Shown: positions 1 to 20,879 of the stretch, in pieces
Position numbering within the stretch: the stretch's first letter is position 1
How the letters are laid out: the number at the start of each line of letters is the position of its first letter
NCBI RefSeq assembly: GCF_009914755.1
Contig: NC_060934.1
DNA from: the human T2T-CHM13v2.0 reference genome, Homo sapiens
Direction: 5' to 3' (one strand)
DNA length: 64,000 nucleotides
Notes under the pieces: generated by a model
What the model was told of the DNA's origin: nothing
The model's database searches: none
Seen by the model: only the letters and a program-made list of their open reading frames with translations
Made by a program: the position numbers and the translations under genes

Positions 1-129
1 AGGAAAATTTTCTTTTATTCTATTTATTGAAAGCTTTTATCATGAACGATGGTTTAACTTTTTCGATGCTTTTTCTACATCTATTGAGATAAGTATGCTT
101 ATCTCAATAGGTGCTTTCATCACCCTTCA

Positions 130-573
<444 letters not shown>

Positions 574-1080
574 CTATTTTATTGAGGAGTTTTGCATGTC
601 TGTTCATGTTGACCTGTAGCTTGCTTTCTTGTATCTTTGTTTGGCTTTGGTATGAGGGTGATGCAGGCTTATAAAATGAGTTTGAAAATGTTTCCTCTGA
701 TTTTGTTTTTTAGATGAGTTTTTAAAAAGTTAGTATTAATTCTTTGAATGTTTGCTAGAATTTAATCAGGAAATTATCTGTTCTTGGGCTTTTCTTTGTT
801 GGGAGATTTTTTTTATTACTACCTAAATCTCTTTGTTATTATTCTATTAAAGTATTTATTTTTAATTCAGTATTGGTAGGTTTTTTGTTTCTAAAAATGC
901 ATTTGTTTCCTCTAGATTATCCAATTTGTTGGATTATAATTATCCATAATCATCCCATATAATCTTTTTTATTTCTGAAGCACCTGTTGTAATGTCTTCT
1001 CCCTCATTTCTGATTCTATTAGAATTTTCTGTCTTTTTTAATCAGTTAGTTGAGCCAAGGTTTGTCTATCTTATTTTTTG

Positions 1081-4192
<3,112 letters not shown>

Positions 4193-4364
4193 GAAAAACC
4201 AATTCAGTTTTGTTGATATTTTCTATAGTTTCTCTATTATCTATTTTATTATTTTCTCTGATCTTTATTGTTTCTTTCTGTTAATTTGGTTTTTTTTTTT
4301 TCTAGTTCCTTGAGTTGCAAAGTTAAGTTGTTTATTTGAGATATATCTTTTATAGTGTAAGTAT

Positions 4365-4704
4365 TAAGACAGCCAAATGTAAAGAAGTCCTCAGGGAAAC
4401 TCCAACCGACCTGCACACCAGGAGGAGTGTGCACTGGGGTGGAGCTTCAGGAAGTCAGCATTATTTGCAGCAGGGAGGAGCCTGGCCTCTCTTTTTCTGG
4501 GGTGGAACCTGGAATTCAATCTGTGGGGTGGGAAGCCTATACTAGCAAGACTCACTCTGTGAAGAGTCCCTGTTTCCTCTTTTTTCCCTTTTGCCAAATA
4601 AATTCAATTTTTCTTACCTCTCAAAATGTCTGTGAGCCTAATATTTCATGGTTGTGTGACAAGGATCCTGTTTTTAGCTGAACTAAAGGGAAAGTCCTAA
4701 AACA
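4365..4704 (+). mobile_element. MER61 (MER61A-like, ERV1) solo LTR
   Basis: Starts TAAGACAGCC, contains GAAACTCCAACC...GCACTGGGGTGGAGC and AATAAA, ends TAGCTGAACTAAAGGGAAAGTCCTAAAACA; 4-bp TSD GTAT/GTAC. Confidence 0.85.
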
Positions 4705-5410
4705 GTACTAGCATTATAAAATTTCCTTTCATCATTATGTTTGCTACATCCCATTAGTTTGAATATGTTTTGTTTTCATCTTGAGATATTTATAAATCCT
4801 CTTTGGAGTTTCTCTTTGACCCAGTGCTTGTTCAAGGGCATGTTATTAATTTATACACATTTTCTCGCTGTTACTGATTTCTAGTTTTAATACATTGCAG
4901 TTTGAAAAGATATTTGATATGATTTTGTCTTCTTAAATTTTTAAGACTTGTTTTGTGACCTAATATATGATCTATCCTCAAGATTGTCTCTCATGCACTT
5001 AAAAAGAATGTGTATTCTTCAGTTGTTGGATAAAAAGTATGTATATGTCTGGTAAGTTTATTTGGTCTACAATGTTATTCAAACTTGCTGTTTCCTTATT
5101 GATTTTCTATCTGGTGGCTCTATGTATTATTAAAGGTGGAATAAAGTTGTATTTTTTACTATTCATTTCATGTGGCTTGGCTTTTTATTTCAAAGGAGAC
5201 TAAATATATCTTGTAAACAAGCTCTATTAAGTGATTCTTTTCTGAATTATATTTTTCAGAAGAGTATTAAACATATAGTCGGTACTTAATATATATGTGT
5301 GTGATACTTCCAGAGATCCCTCTCAAGCTAAGAATGCAAAAACTAATGAATCTACTTGTAATTCTTTATCATTAACATGTGCTCTTTTCTAACTTATCCC
5401 ATAAGAATCT

Positions 5411-5411
5411 C

Positions 5412-5454
<43 letters not shown>

Positions 5455-5468
5455 TGGGTGTGTGTGTG
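5411..5468. repeat. (TG)n microsatellite preceded by CGCG
   Basis: Direct reading. Confidence 0.97.
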
Positions 5469-6089
5469 CATCTGAATGTCAGAGACATTCATTATTCAAT
5501 TTTAAAAGTTATTTGCTTATTCATTCCAAAGTGAATTCTTCCCTATTTATTTCACATTCTTAGCTTTTATCTCTCTAAATAGACTACGCACTACTTCTAT
5601 AAATACTATTTTGTTATTGTTACCTAAACTATATACTCCAGAATAACACTAAGTTTACCGTAATCAACTATAAATAGCTGTGATTTGTCACAAAAATCAC
5701 ATTGAATCTAAAACTGGATGATTGATAAATCTGATAACAGTACTTCTTATATCTTCTTATTAATGCATGTTAATATCTAACTATTTTACAGGAAAAAAAG
5801 GGTATGCATGTGGGTGTGTGTGTGTGTTTGCGTGTCTGTGTGTGTGTCCATTTGGACTCAAGTTGCTTACTAAAGAAGCAAAAAATGATAGAAACAAAGT
5901 AACGAGTTGAATGAACTTCAAGTTGTTTTGTTAAACTTCATACTAAACAGATATGAACAGTGAGAGCTAAAGGTACAAGACTAGTGATATTTCAAGTTCT
6001 AAACAACAATGTAGTTGCTATTCTAAATGCATTTTTAAATAATATAATGTAATGCACACTATAAAAAAATCCCAAAAGACAATCCCTCT

Positions 6090-6374
<285 letters not shown>

Positions 6375-8456
6375 AACAATCCTCTTATATTGTTGCTTTT
6401 CTAAAAATTTTCAGGTATTGTTATTAAAAATAGAGGAGTGAATTAATTTAAGAAAAAATATAGTGTTGTTATAAAGAACCATAAGTGGATCTTTTATTTC
6501 AAAGCTAATTACACCATAGAATAGGTTTTCTCCATAACTCATTATTGTTCCTATGGCAATGATTTATTATTTTATGTTTGTATATATAACATCTGAGAAT
6601 CTAGTAATTAGTTCACCTCTTTGTTATATTTTTTCCATGAAGATTTTCATATGTTTAGAAAAGAAAAAAGAGGCAAATATATCTGTTAGCTTCTCAAATA
6701 TAAATCAAGATTCCTTTTAAGGTCATCAGCACTCACAAATGATCTGATAGTCCCAAATAAATACAACTTTTGCTCTGATTATACAAATAAGCAAAGATCA
6801 AATAATATGTTTCTTATTGTTAAGAAAGGCACACACTTCAAATTATTATATTTGAAGAATGTTGCTATCTTTTGAATCAGAATGATTAGATATATAAGTA
6901 AAATAAAATATCATTGTATTCAGAAACATCACTTTTACTTGGAAAGACAGTGGAGTGGTGTTGCCAAGGTTTTCAATGAGAACTGTCAAATTAGGCATTT
7001 CACATGCAAACTTCTCATAATTTAACGTTTGTATCTTGAAAGTATACAGGATCACAGAAGCTAAATGTAGAGGTTCACTAGAATGATTCCAATCTAAAGC
7101 CTTTAAATGATTTTAAAGCTCTTTTATAAAGGGTGACTGAATAATATGCCCAAGGCTCCCTATATCCTGGGAAATTTAATATCTATGAGGTATTTAAAAA
7201 AGTAATATTTACTTCTCACAACTGCAAATCACTCATGTAGAAGTCTTATAGAAAATAGAACAATAGTGAAAATTGTCTGCTGAATATAGTCTCTGAACTA
7301 TGGGAATCTTATTGAAAATAAATGGAAATTCAGAAGTACACATACCCTAGGTCTCCATAAATTATACTTACAAACCGAGAAGGAACCATATTGAATGCAA
7401 CTCTGCTTGCTCTCTAATTATAATCTCATTGTACCAATGTCAATTCACCTGTTATGAAGTGATACAGTTATATATGATGTTACCACTGAAGAATAAAATG
7501 AATGGTACAAAGGACATCTGTGTGCTATTGTTAAAACTTCTTGTGAATATTTAACTATCATAAAATAAAAATAGTTTTTATAAAACCAAAAATGACAGTA
7601 GCAATAACAAAGCTATTTCATTAATTAATGGAAAGAGTTTTATAACCATAGAGTATAAGCAAGGTTCAAAATAATTTATGATATTTAAATATTTCTCTGG
7701 AATTTTTCTCCAGAATTTTTCTCCTTCTAAACTCAAATGCCAGCTTATCTGGAGCATCATCTACAAATGGGCAGCTCTATGAATCTTAGCGTTTGGGACT
7801 AGGTGTTGAGGATTAGGATGTGAATGCTATTTGTAAATTAGAAAATGTTTTCCAAATAGTGTTTATTATTATTATTATTAATGGTATTGATAGGCAGACA
7901 GACCTGAAGTTTGTGTAGTGGTTTGTTAAACAGACTTGGAGTAAAATACAATTTCCGGCAGTAGAGGCAGCCCCTGTAACAGTAGATGTGTAAGAGAACT
8001 GGGGATACACTATGAATCTTAAATATCTCTGTACTGCGCAACACAGAGTGGGCACAGACAAAACTGTGAAAGGAGGAAGTATCGGCTGTGGTGAGTGAGG
8101 GATTTGTCAACAAAAGCTGTCAGCAGTTTAACATAGCCTCGGCTCATTTAAGAGTTAACATAGTCTGCTAATCCATTTACAATTTGCATGTCATTTTCAA
8201 CACTCTCATAAACTGCTAGGAGATATGTAAATTGATGCATTTTTTTTGTTAACTGGAAAATGAATTAAAGACCATAGTATTTTTAATAATCTACATTGAA
8301 TAGTTATGCTCCTAAAGATTTATCCTGAAAGCAAACCAAAGCAAATAATTTTTTGAAGTTATCTAAAAAAGCAGAAAATGTATATTCATCCAGATATGAA
8401 ATGCAGAGTTAGTTATAACAAGAAAAAATAAAAACACATGTCAAAAATAGAGTTTA

Positions 8457-8885
8457 TGTTGTAAGCTAAATAATGGCCCCAAAGATGTCAATGTCCTAAT
8501 CCTCAAAACTGTTAACATGATCTCTTGCATGGTAAAAGAAATTTTGCAGAAATTAAATTAAGAATCTTGAAATGGGGAAATTATCTTGTATCATCCTATT
8601 TGGTTGGCCTAATGTATTGAAAAGGGTCCTTATGAGGGGGAAGGCAGGAGATCACAGGGAATTGAAAATGCAACCCTGCTGACTTTGAAGACTGAAAGAT
8701 CATGAACTAAGCAACACAAGTTCTCTACGGAAATTGGAAGTGCAACGAAACAGATTCCTCTACAGCCTCCAGAAGAAATGCCACTCTGCAGTCCCCACTG
8801 TAATCCTTTGACCTCCATAACTGCAAGATAATATATTAATATTTGTATTGCTTTAAGTCACTAAGGTTTCTTTGTAATTGGCTAT
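8457..8885 (+). mobile_element. MLT1D-like MaLR LTR
   Basis: AATAATGGCCCCAAAGATGTC...CATGGTAAAAG...AGCCTCCAGAAGAAATGC...TTTAAGTCACTAAG matches the MLT1D layout. Confidence 0.8.
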
Positions 8886-9277
8886 TGGTTATGTGAGAGT
8901 CTGTGGTCACAATACATTGTTAATAGAACCTTATTTAATTATATGACACTATGTTTATAATACAAAGCCAAGTGAAAAAAGAAATCTAAATGTTGATTAT
9001 AGCAATGTTAATAGAAAACATTACAGATAGAAACCTGGAAACTTACTATAATATTGTATTTATAATTGAGTAGTAGAATAACGAGCATTTAAAGTTTATT
9101 CTTTATATTTATTTTTCTCTAAGAAATAATTATTTACATTAAATAATACAGTAGATCTTGCATAGCTTTTTATGGCACTTAAGAGGAGACTAAAGCTGTT
9201 TGGTTGGTCTGTTGTTGAATTGATTATTTTTCAGTTGAGCCTTTCCGACTCCTTTCTAATGAGATGATTTAGGTACC

Positions 9278-9681
9278 TGCTATGGTTTGGATGTTTGTCT
9301 CCTCAAAACCTCATGTTGAAATTTGACCAGTGTTGGAGGTGGGGCCTGCTGGGAGGTGTTTTGGTTAAATTCCTCATGAATAGATCATGCCCTCTCTCAG
9401 AAGTAAGTGAGTTCTTTATTGGTTTCTTCAAGAGCTGGTTGTTCAAAGGAGACTGGCATGTCACCTCTCGGTCTTTTCTCCTTCCTCACTGTGTGATTTC
9501 TGCACAACACAACTCCCCCTCACCTTCTGTCATAAAAATAATCAGCCTAATAAGGCTTTCACGAGATGCAAGTGCCCAATCTTGAACTTTCCAACCATTA
9601 TAATCATGATCCAAATAAAGCTTTTTTTTTAAATAAATTGTCCAGCCTCAGATATAAAGCAACACAAAACAGACTAAGACT
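9278..9681 (+). mobile_element. MSTB-like MaLR solo LTR
   Basis: TGCTATGGTTTGGATGTTTGTC...AACAGACTAAGAC; perfect 5-bp TSD GTACC 9273-9277 / 9682-9686. Confidence 0.88.
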
Positions 9682-9969
9682 GTACCTGACCACTTCAATT
9701 AAAAAAAAGTCTAGCCTTACTTGTAGGGAATTGAGGTACTAAATATATTAAAGTTTATTCGATCTTCTTTGGTGGGTGCTTTTTTAAACTTTACTATCAG
9801 TGTATTTCCAGGCCTAGCCAAAATGACATTTCTACTGTAATTACGTATAACTTATTTTCCCAGAGGTGACAGATTTCTACCAAATAAATAACCTACTTCT
9901 TATAATACACATTTATTTTTCAGAAATTAAAGCTAGAAATTGTAGCATTCTGAAACTTGAAAAAAATAA

Positions 9970-10318
<349 letters not shown>

Positions 10319-13274
10319 GGAAGCTCTTCTACTAAGTATTATAAGATGCTCTGACTCTTGCAACACTAGCTAGTGATAAGAAGTAGGGAAGGAAGTAAGA
10401 GGTGTGACTGAAATCTAGGCCAGGCTAAAAAAGATTATGAACTTTAACTTAAACAAGGCTTAACTTAAACAAGGAGAGCATTTAGCAGAATTTGGTTATA
10501 TTCGCTTTCCTATGATTTCCCCATTTTAAGTGGATGCTACGACATTGGCAAATTCACTGAGTGGCAAAGTTTTGCTAATGTAGATTCCAGGCCATCTCAT
10601 CTTTACCTTAATTGACTAGAAATTTCAGCCAAAGCATTTGGACACATTATGCTACTAGGCAAAATCACTAAATATTGTATTCCACCTTTCCACTGAATGA
10701 GATTTGTAAATAAATGAATAAAAAACATGTTTTAGTTATGTTTCGGAAAAAAATTTTACTCCTTAAACTTACTTAAAATGTCTTGCATAATTTATTCTTA
10801 TAATTTCTATAGGTTAGTTTATTTTAATTGTTTAAATATTGGAATTTTCTGATAATGTTTTTTGTTTTTCAATTCTGTTCCTAGTAACCGAATAGTAAAT
10901 AAATTTTACAAGTGTTTGAGAAAGCTAAAAATAAATATTTTTCTAATGCAATATCAGCTTCTTTTATACTTTTATCAAAGTAAAATATAATGAAGTACTT
11001 ATAGTTAAAATGGGTAACTAAATTTTGCCATTATTACTGCCATGACACACATATATTTTGGTCAGACATGTTTTGTTTGACTATTATTCATGTTTTATAA
11101 AAATTTAGGCCAGTTTTAAAAATCAGGAAATTTCACATAGTATATTCATACACTTCACATAATTTAGATTTCAGTTTTTTAAATAGTTAAAATTCCTCGC
11201 AACATATGACTCACAATGAAGGATGGCCACAATCAGAAGAATTTGAAGAAAGTTCTGTTTTAAAGAAACATATGCATGCATGCACACAGAAATTTCCCTC
11301 AAAGCCCAGCAATTATACAACACACGCAGACACATGTATGCACAATTTATTATCTGCTATATCCTTGTATGTTACGGACCTTATAAATGTTTATATTTGG
11401 CATCTTTAGGGGTTCACAGTAAATAGAGATATAAAAGTAAAGGGAGATTTGCAAAGGGGATTTGTAAAGTTTTCAAATAAAAACGCCTTTTTTCACAATT
11501 TTGTAAGTATCATTCTTCATTTGTCAGGAAGCATCAGACATGGATTGATATTTGCAGAGAGCTGACACTATGTCTCTCAAATGGGCTTAGAAACGTTCTG
11601 TAAACAAGGAGTTAGACTATTATTGTATCTTTATTTATTCTTTTTAGTTTGATCAAGTGTTGACATTGCCTTCAGGCTCTGACCTTTCAATTCGCCAAAT
11701 AGACAAGCAGGAGGTTAACTGCAGGGCTTTCTGGGGCTTTTTATTAGCAATGGCCATTTATGGTACACAGTATTAAAGTAGTTGGCAAAAATGGTATGGC
11801 TTTTCTCAATTGTACGTTTAGTAACACTTAGCCAGCACATGATAGTCAATAATTTACTGGAAAAAAAGCTATAAAAACCTATAAAGGTGACAATTTCTTA
11901 ACTACAAAGTAAAGTTCACTAAATGTACACTGCAAAAGGCAGAAGCGTCCAGGCATTTGAAGAAACAGATGATATACATTTATTTTAAAGTAAAGGGGAA
12001 TGCCATTTGACAGAGGCTCCAGGGTGGCAGCTATATTTCTGCAGAGTGGAGTTTGCTATAAGAGCTTCACTGACTGGAATTAAATGATAATTATATTATA
12101 AGAAAATGTATAATATATACCATCAACACTAACAAAAATGGTTTATTTCATAAAATAAATATATTTAGGAAGAAAAACAATCAGCCTGACATCTGCATTT
12201 TTAGTTAGTTTACATAGCATTTTCATTTATAATTTCCCATTTCATGTAATTCTCATAAGACTTTAAAAGAAAAAGAGAAATTTTTACTTTGGAAATGTAC
12301 TTTCCAAAAACAAAACCATTACAGAAATTATTCAAAATGTACAAAAAGAGAAAAATAAATTACTGGGTGTTCTTTCAGTGAGGTGCTGGGAGACTTTGTG
12401 TTATCTATTCTATATTACGGTTCTTCAGGATCAGTAACTCTGAGATTTTCACTTAGTAGAGATGCAAATAATTTATGTCCAGTGGAACAGACAATTCCAC
12501 TGATAATAGTTTATGGTATTTTGAATATTAACCAGTTTTGTATCCAACCAATAATGATATTCTAACGTTACCCATAAACATTTTGTTTCAAAACTTCTTT
12601 TTGGAATATTTTGAACATCTTAGGAATTCATTAATTAATGTGTTGCATAAAATATTTGGTATATGTTGTCTTATATGTGCATGATTTTACCTTTTAGAAA
12701 ATTATACGTTAAAGGTTCATATTTACATAAGACTAGTAGTATGTCAACTTGTAATACTAAAATCTTTAGGACTCTGGTGACTTCTGGCCTTTATAAACTT
12801 TGACAAATGTATTCACTTCCAGCATTCTTGCTTTCTACATTATGAAATAAGATGGATGATATCATATATATATACAGACACCATTCTCCTCTCAAAAATG
12901 TTATGATATTGTGATTCTAAGTGCTCTATTTGAATAAGGTTGTCCTTACTAAGCCATGGTGAAACAAGTAAAAACCCAAATAATCTTTCTTAATCATGGA
13001 AAGGAAACATCTAAGATTTAAGTTTATGCTGCTCTTTGAATTTCTCTTATGTAATCCATAGGGCTACAGTTTACACTGAAAAAATAATAGCTACACAAAA
13101 CTGACAAAAGAAACAATCAAAGTGGCTGAATCTTTCCAGCCCCATTATTGGTAAATCATAGAATCAATGTCCCTTTTATATTGCTCTTTATTATTCAGTG
13201 TTTCCAGTTGTTTGAGATTCTCAGATAGTTAAAGCATGACGGCAAAACTTCTTATGTTATCATTTCTTGTACCT

Positions 13275-13590
<316 letters not shown>

Positions 13591-14059
13591 AAGTTTCATT
13601 TCTTAAAGCTTTCGTTTTAAATTCAGAATATTACCAAAGGATGACGAGGTAGAGATTAGCCTAAATTCTGCAGGTTAACTTTCTGTGATGGTCACCAATT
13701 TAGCTTTGTAATCATTTTACTTAACAGTTTTTCTGATCCTGAGATTTAAGTCTGACCACATTCAATGCCAAAAGTTCGAGTACAAATTTATAGATATATG
13801 AAGAGAGAGAGAGAGAGAAAACACTTGCTATCAAGAGCTTGAAATACAGGTTAAGGAGAAGTCTGTTTACAGGCTACTAGGCTACTTAGCTGGTACAGTA
13901 TGATTTTCCTCTCATTGACTATCCCTAAGAAACTGCATTCTGTGATATTGAAATAACTTTAAGGAAAAATAAATCTTCAGGATTTATTTTTAAATAAATT
14001 TAAAGAATTTAAATTTAAATTTAAAACTACAAAGTAGTTTTCTTTAAAATGAGTACATT

Positions 14060-14465
14060 AAATATTGTACCTTTTAAGTTTTCTAACTATAAATAGAATA
14101 ATGTGGTAAATTGAGGATTAAATGAGGGGATATGTGGAAAGCATTTAACTAGTTAGCACAATAATAATACAATCTATGCATTCAAAAATGGTGGTGATGG
14201 TGGTGGTGGTTGCTGCTGCTGCTATTATTAAATTTTACCAGGTTGTAGTCTCTGTGCTGCTTTACTTGCATTTTCTTATTTCATTCTATAAATAACCCTG
14301 GAGGGAGGTACTTTCACCATCCTCAATTCATGAGTGCAAAACTGAAATGAAGAGAAGTGAAAAGAGTTAAAGTAATTTACCTAAAGTCACACAGCTGGTG
14401 ACTGGCAGTGCCAGAATTAATACGCTTTTGGAGTCAGATTTCATGAGTTTGAAATTTTGACATGA
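14060..14465. mobile_element. MIR fragments around a (GGT)n(GCT)n tract
   Basis: MIR core motifs TGAGGATTAAATGAG and AAGTAATTTACCTAAAGTCACACAGCTGGT. Confidence 0.7.
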
Positions 14466-14481
14466 TTTTTTTTTTGAGGAA

Positions 14482-14630
14482 GTGGTAGGCAGCCTCCAGA
14501 TGTCCCTCAAAGATTCTTATTTTGTGATATTGATCTTTTGTGTAGTCATCTTGCTCACTGAATAAGACCAACCTGTGTAACCACCAGTATACCATGTAAA
14601 GAACAGGATATGACTTCTGAAGCTAGTCCA
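14482..14630 (+). mobile_element. MLT1F/G-like LTR 5' fragment
   Basis: GTGGTAGGCAGCCTCCAGATG...TGACTTCTGAAGCTAG. Confidence 0.6.
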
Positions 14631-14635
14631 CACAA

Positions 14636-17090
<2,455 letters not shown>

Positions 17091-17717
17091 TTTAAAGAGA
17101 ATATATTTTTTCTTTCCTTTGTCTTGCCTTCTTGCTGTGTCTTAACAGTTTTTATTGAAATCTAGACATGATGTATTGTGTAATAGGAACTAAGGTAAAT
17201 AGGTCCTTACTGTGAGACTTTATGATAATTTGGCTCAGAGTTGGCCTGTGTTTAATGTTTGCTGTAGCTATAAGTGACAGATTCTTCTAGTGTCCTTGTT
17301 TTTGCCTCTTCTATTAACTTTTGGCTTCCCTAAGTACTCATGCCCAAAGATAAGCTGTGTCTTGCAATTATTTTAGCTGTAATCTACTGTTATTACACTG
17401 GAGTGCTGTTGTTATGATGGTAAGGTTTGGGGGATTATAGAATTTTAAAATTCTATAATCTTAAAATTTTATGTCAATGTTTTAGTGAGCTTGTGCCATA
17501 TAGACTGTGACCTTCATCAGTGTTTTTTAGCCTCTCCATCCCTGAAGATGACACAGGAATTTCACAGGGGTCTGGTGAGGCAAAAACACATTCTCCTGGG
17601 AGGAATAAGACTGGAAAAGTACTTTCCTCAGTTGAGTAAGCATTTGTTATGGAGTGTGCTCTGGGCATATTTCATTCTTGTTTTTGTTTGTTTAATTTTT
17701 TAATCTGTACATGAATT

Positions 17718-18005
17718 CTGATAATAGCTTTATTTGTAATGACAAAAACCTGTAAACAATCTGAATGTCTTTCAAAGGGTGAATGGTTAAGCAAACTCTG
17801 GCAAACCCAAGCAATGGAATACTACTCAGCCACATAAAGGAATGAACTATGGATACATGGAGCAACCTGAATGAATCTTAAAGACATTAGACTGAGTGAA
17901 CACAGTCAATCTCCAAAGGTTACATATTGTATGATTCCTTTTATGTAGCATCCTGGAAATGATAAAAGTGTGGAGATGAAGAACAGATTAGTTGTTGCCA
18001 GGGGT
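17718..18005 (+). mobile_element. L1MC/MD-type 3' fragment
   Basis: AATGGAATACTACTCAGC...AAAGGTTACATATTGTATGATTCC...GATTAGTTGTTGCCAGGGG. Confidence 0.8.
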
Positions 18006-18009
18006 ATAG

Positions 18010-18352
18010 TGTCAGTCTAAGTCTGAAGGCTTGAGAACCAGGAGATCCATTGGTATAACATCTATACTAAATCCATGTATAGAGACAGAAGATTTATGTT
18101 CCAGATCAAAGACAATCCAACAGAAAAAGAGTGAATTCTCCATTACTCTACTATCGTTCTATTCAGGCCTTCAATTGATTGGATGAGGCCCATTCACATT
18201 GGAGAGAGCTATCTGCTTCCTCATTCTGCCAATTAAAGGGTTAATCTCATCCAGAAACACCCTCGTAGACACCACAGACACTGAGGATGATGTTTAAAAT
18301 ATTTGGGTTCCTTGTGATACAGTCAAGATGACACACAAAATTAACCACCACA
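18010..18352 (-). mobile_element. MLT2 (ERVL) LTR, partial
   Basis: TTCTATTCAGGCCTTCAATTGATTGGATGAGGCCC...CAAGATGACACACAAAATTAACCACCACA. Confidence 0.85.
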
Positions 18353-19620
18353 TGGTATAAAATTAACCAGCACACATAAGTATAAGACCATCACTGATCT
18401 TAATCAGTTCCCAATTTCTACCTACCATTCTTTGAGCTATTGCTATCATTAATTTATTTTTATATGCTGAAAACACACAATACCTTACTACTATTCTTGC
18501 TGCAGATAGTTAATTACCTTTATGATAATAAAAGTTAAAAAAAAGTTACCTTCATGTGTTACATTTTGAATTTTCTTTATTACTTGATAGAAAAATACAT
18601 GACTCCTATAATATTTCTTCTGAGTGAATAACTTCCTTTAACGTGTTTGGCATGGTTAGTTTTCTAGAAAATAATTCTCTTTTTTTCTAATATTGTGTAA
18701 TCTTGCCTTCAGCTTTTAGTATGTTTTTATGCTATACTTCAGAGAGGAATTTTCTCTACATTCTCTATGTCTCAGAAATACCCCACCAAAATGTGTTATG
18801 TGATGCTTATTAGTGGTGGTGAGACATATTTACTAATTTATTATGTTTTTATTTATTGTTGTTTTTTGGTTTGTTCCTGATTAAGCCTCATTCTTAGGCA
18901 GAAGCTCTGTTTCCATGTCTCAGCGAGGTATCCTTCACATTTCACTTTGTTCTCCTCAGCTGTGGTTCTGGACTCAGCATGTATTTCTGCCTCTCCCTAG
19001 GGGTCAGAGTTAATTTTTATGTTCTCTTTTATCAAGGTGACAGTATGTATTGTTCTTCTCAACACAGTTTAAGGCCTTTGTTTTCTAGAGACATAAGGGA
19101 GAGGGAATTGGATGCATTTCATTTATTTCCCATAGTAGCTCTTGTTCCCCCTTGGGCCTGTACTATAAGACTCAACAATCTTTTCTTGAACACCTGGTGA
19201 ACTCCATAGAAAAGAGCCAGCAAAGAGCATGTGAAGTTCCCTTGTAACTGTGGCCCCATGAATTCTGTACTCGCTTGCTAACCCACATTTGGCCTGTGTC
19301 AAATGGTTAACTGAATAGTGGAATTCTTCTTTCTAGTGTCCAACTGCAACCACCCTTGGTCAGCAAGTGTTCATATTCTAACTCCTCTTGTAGGCACAAG
19401 TGATTTTTTGATTTTTAAGTAGTTGGTTGCCTTGTGACATTAGCTCTCTAATCTCTAGAATAGTTGTCATAGAATATTGACAATAAGGCTTTTTATTGTT
19501 GTCATTGCATGTGGGAGCTAGCTTCTTTCCAGATTTCTAAATTCCCAAGCATAATCCAAAAATGTAATTTTTATTTTTTAACAGTGCATGTGTGTGTGTC
19601 AGAGAGAGAGATAAGAGGTT

Positions 19621-19925
<305 letters not shown>

Positions 19926-20879
19926 CAAGAGGTATGTTTTCTAAATCATTGTCAGCAATAACTTCAATAAAAAATGGGAAATAGATACTGTCATTACAAA
20001 CAAGGAACAACTGACATTTAAGGGGGCAACTGCAAAACACACACTTACACCTGACTTGATGGCTGTCTGTGAACATACAAGGTGATGGTTAACAATATTA
20101 TCCCTCAGGAAACTGAAGATACAACAGTAATACAAGAGTTGTTTAACTGATGTTAATAATGAAGATTATGAGTCAATTTCTTTACTTTTTGTAGTCATCT
20201 TTAGTATCTGTCATGGTAATACATATTCACAAAGATGATGAAAGAACAATCTGTGTCTTCATGAGATTACAGTTAAACATAAGAGATGTTCATATAAACA
20301 TCTCAAGTATAATATGGTGCCTCATAGAGTTTTTACATGAATTGAAACAAATTGAGAAAGGAAGACCTTAATCTACAGTGCCCATATGGGTCAAAGTGCC
20401 CAGGAAAATCTCACTTTACAAGAGGTGCCACAATGTCATTTTTAATGACTCCCTTTTACTCTTTACATAGCCTAGTTTAGATGATATTACATGGTCACTA
20501 TACTTTATTCAACATGAGACCTTGGCTGTTCTTGAAAAATGACTAAGATTTGTGTAATTGAAGGAAACCCGATGGTATAGTTGGGAAAGGATGTAGTCAT
20601 AAGAGAAGCATGGAACATCATGGTTATGCTTTATTTAATCAATAGAGTCCAAATGATATGATGACATTAAGGAAGATCAAGTTTGTGAAATAGAGAAGTG
20701 GGAGATTTTTAAGGATCTTTTATATTGGACTAGTTATGATTTTTCTATATACTAAACATAAATAGTTTAAAAATGAAATTAGAGAGACACATGGTCACAT
20801 TAATATTATGGATCAACCATTTTACAGGTATGCAGAAGTTGGGTTTAAATTATTTTGCCTATATAAAGATAGAAAATGA

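Noticed and set aside
6846-8113. Short minus-strand ORFs in unique DNA
   Set aside because: No recognisable homology, AT-rich composition and no coherent exon structure
12480-12502. 8-bp hairpin CAGTGGAA/TTCCACTG
   Set aside because: Too short to be significant in 64 kb; no RNA-gene context
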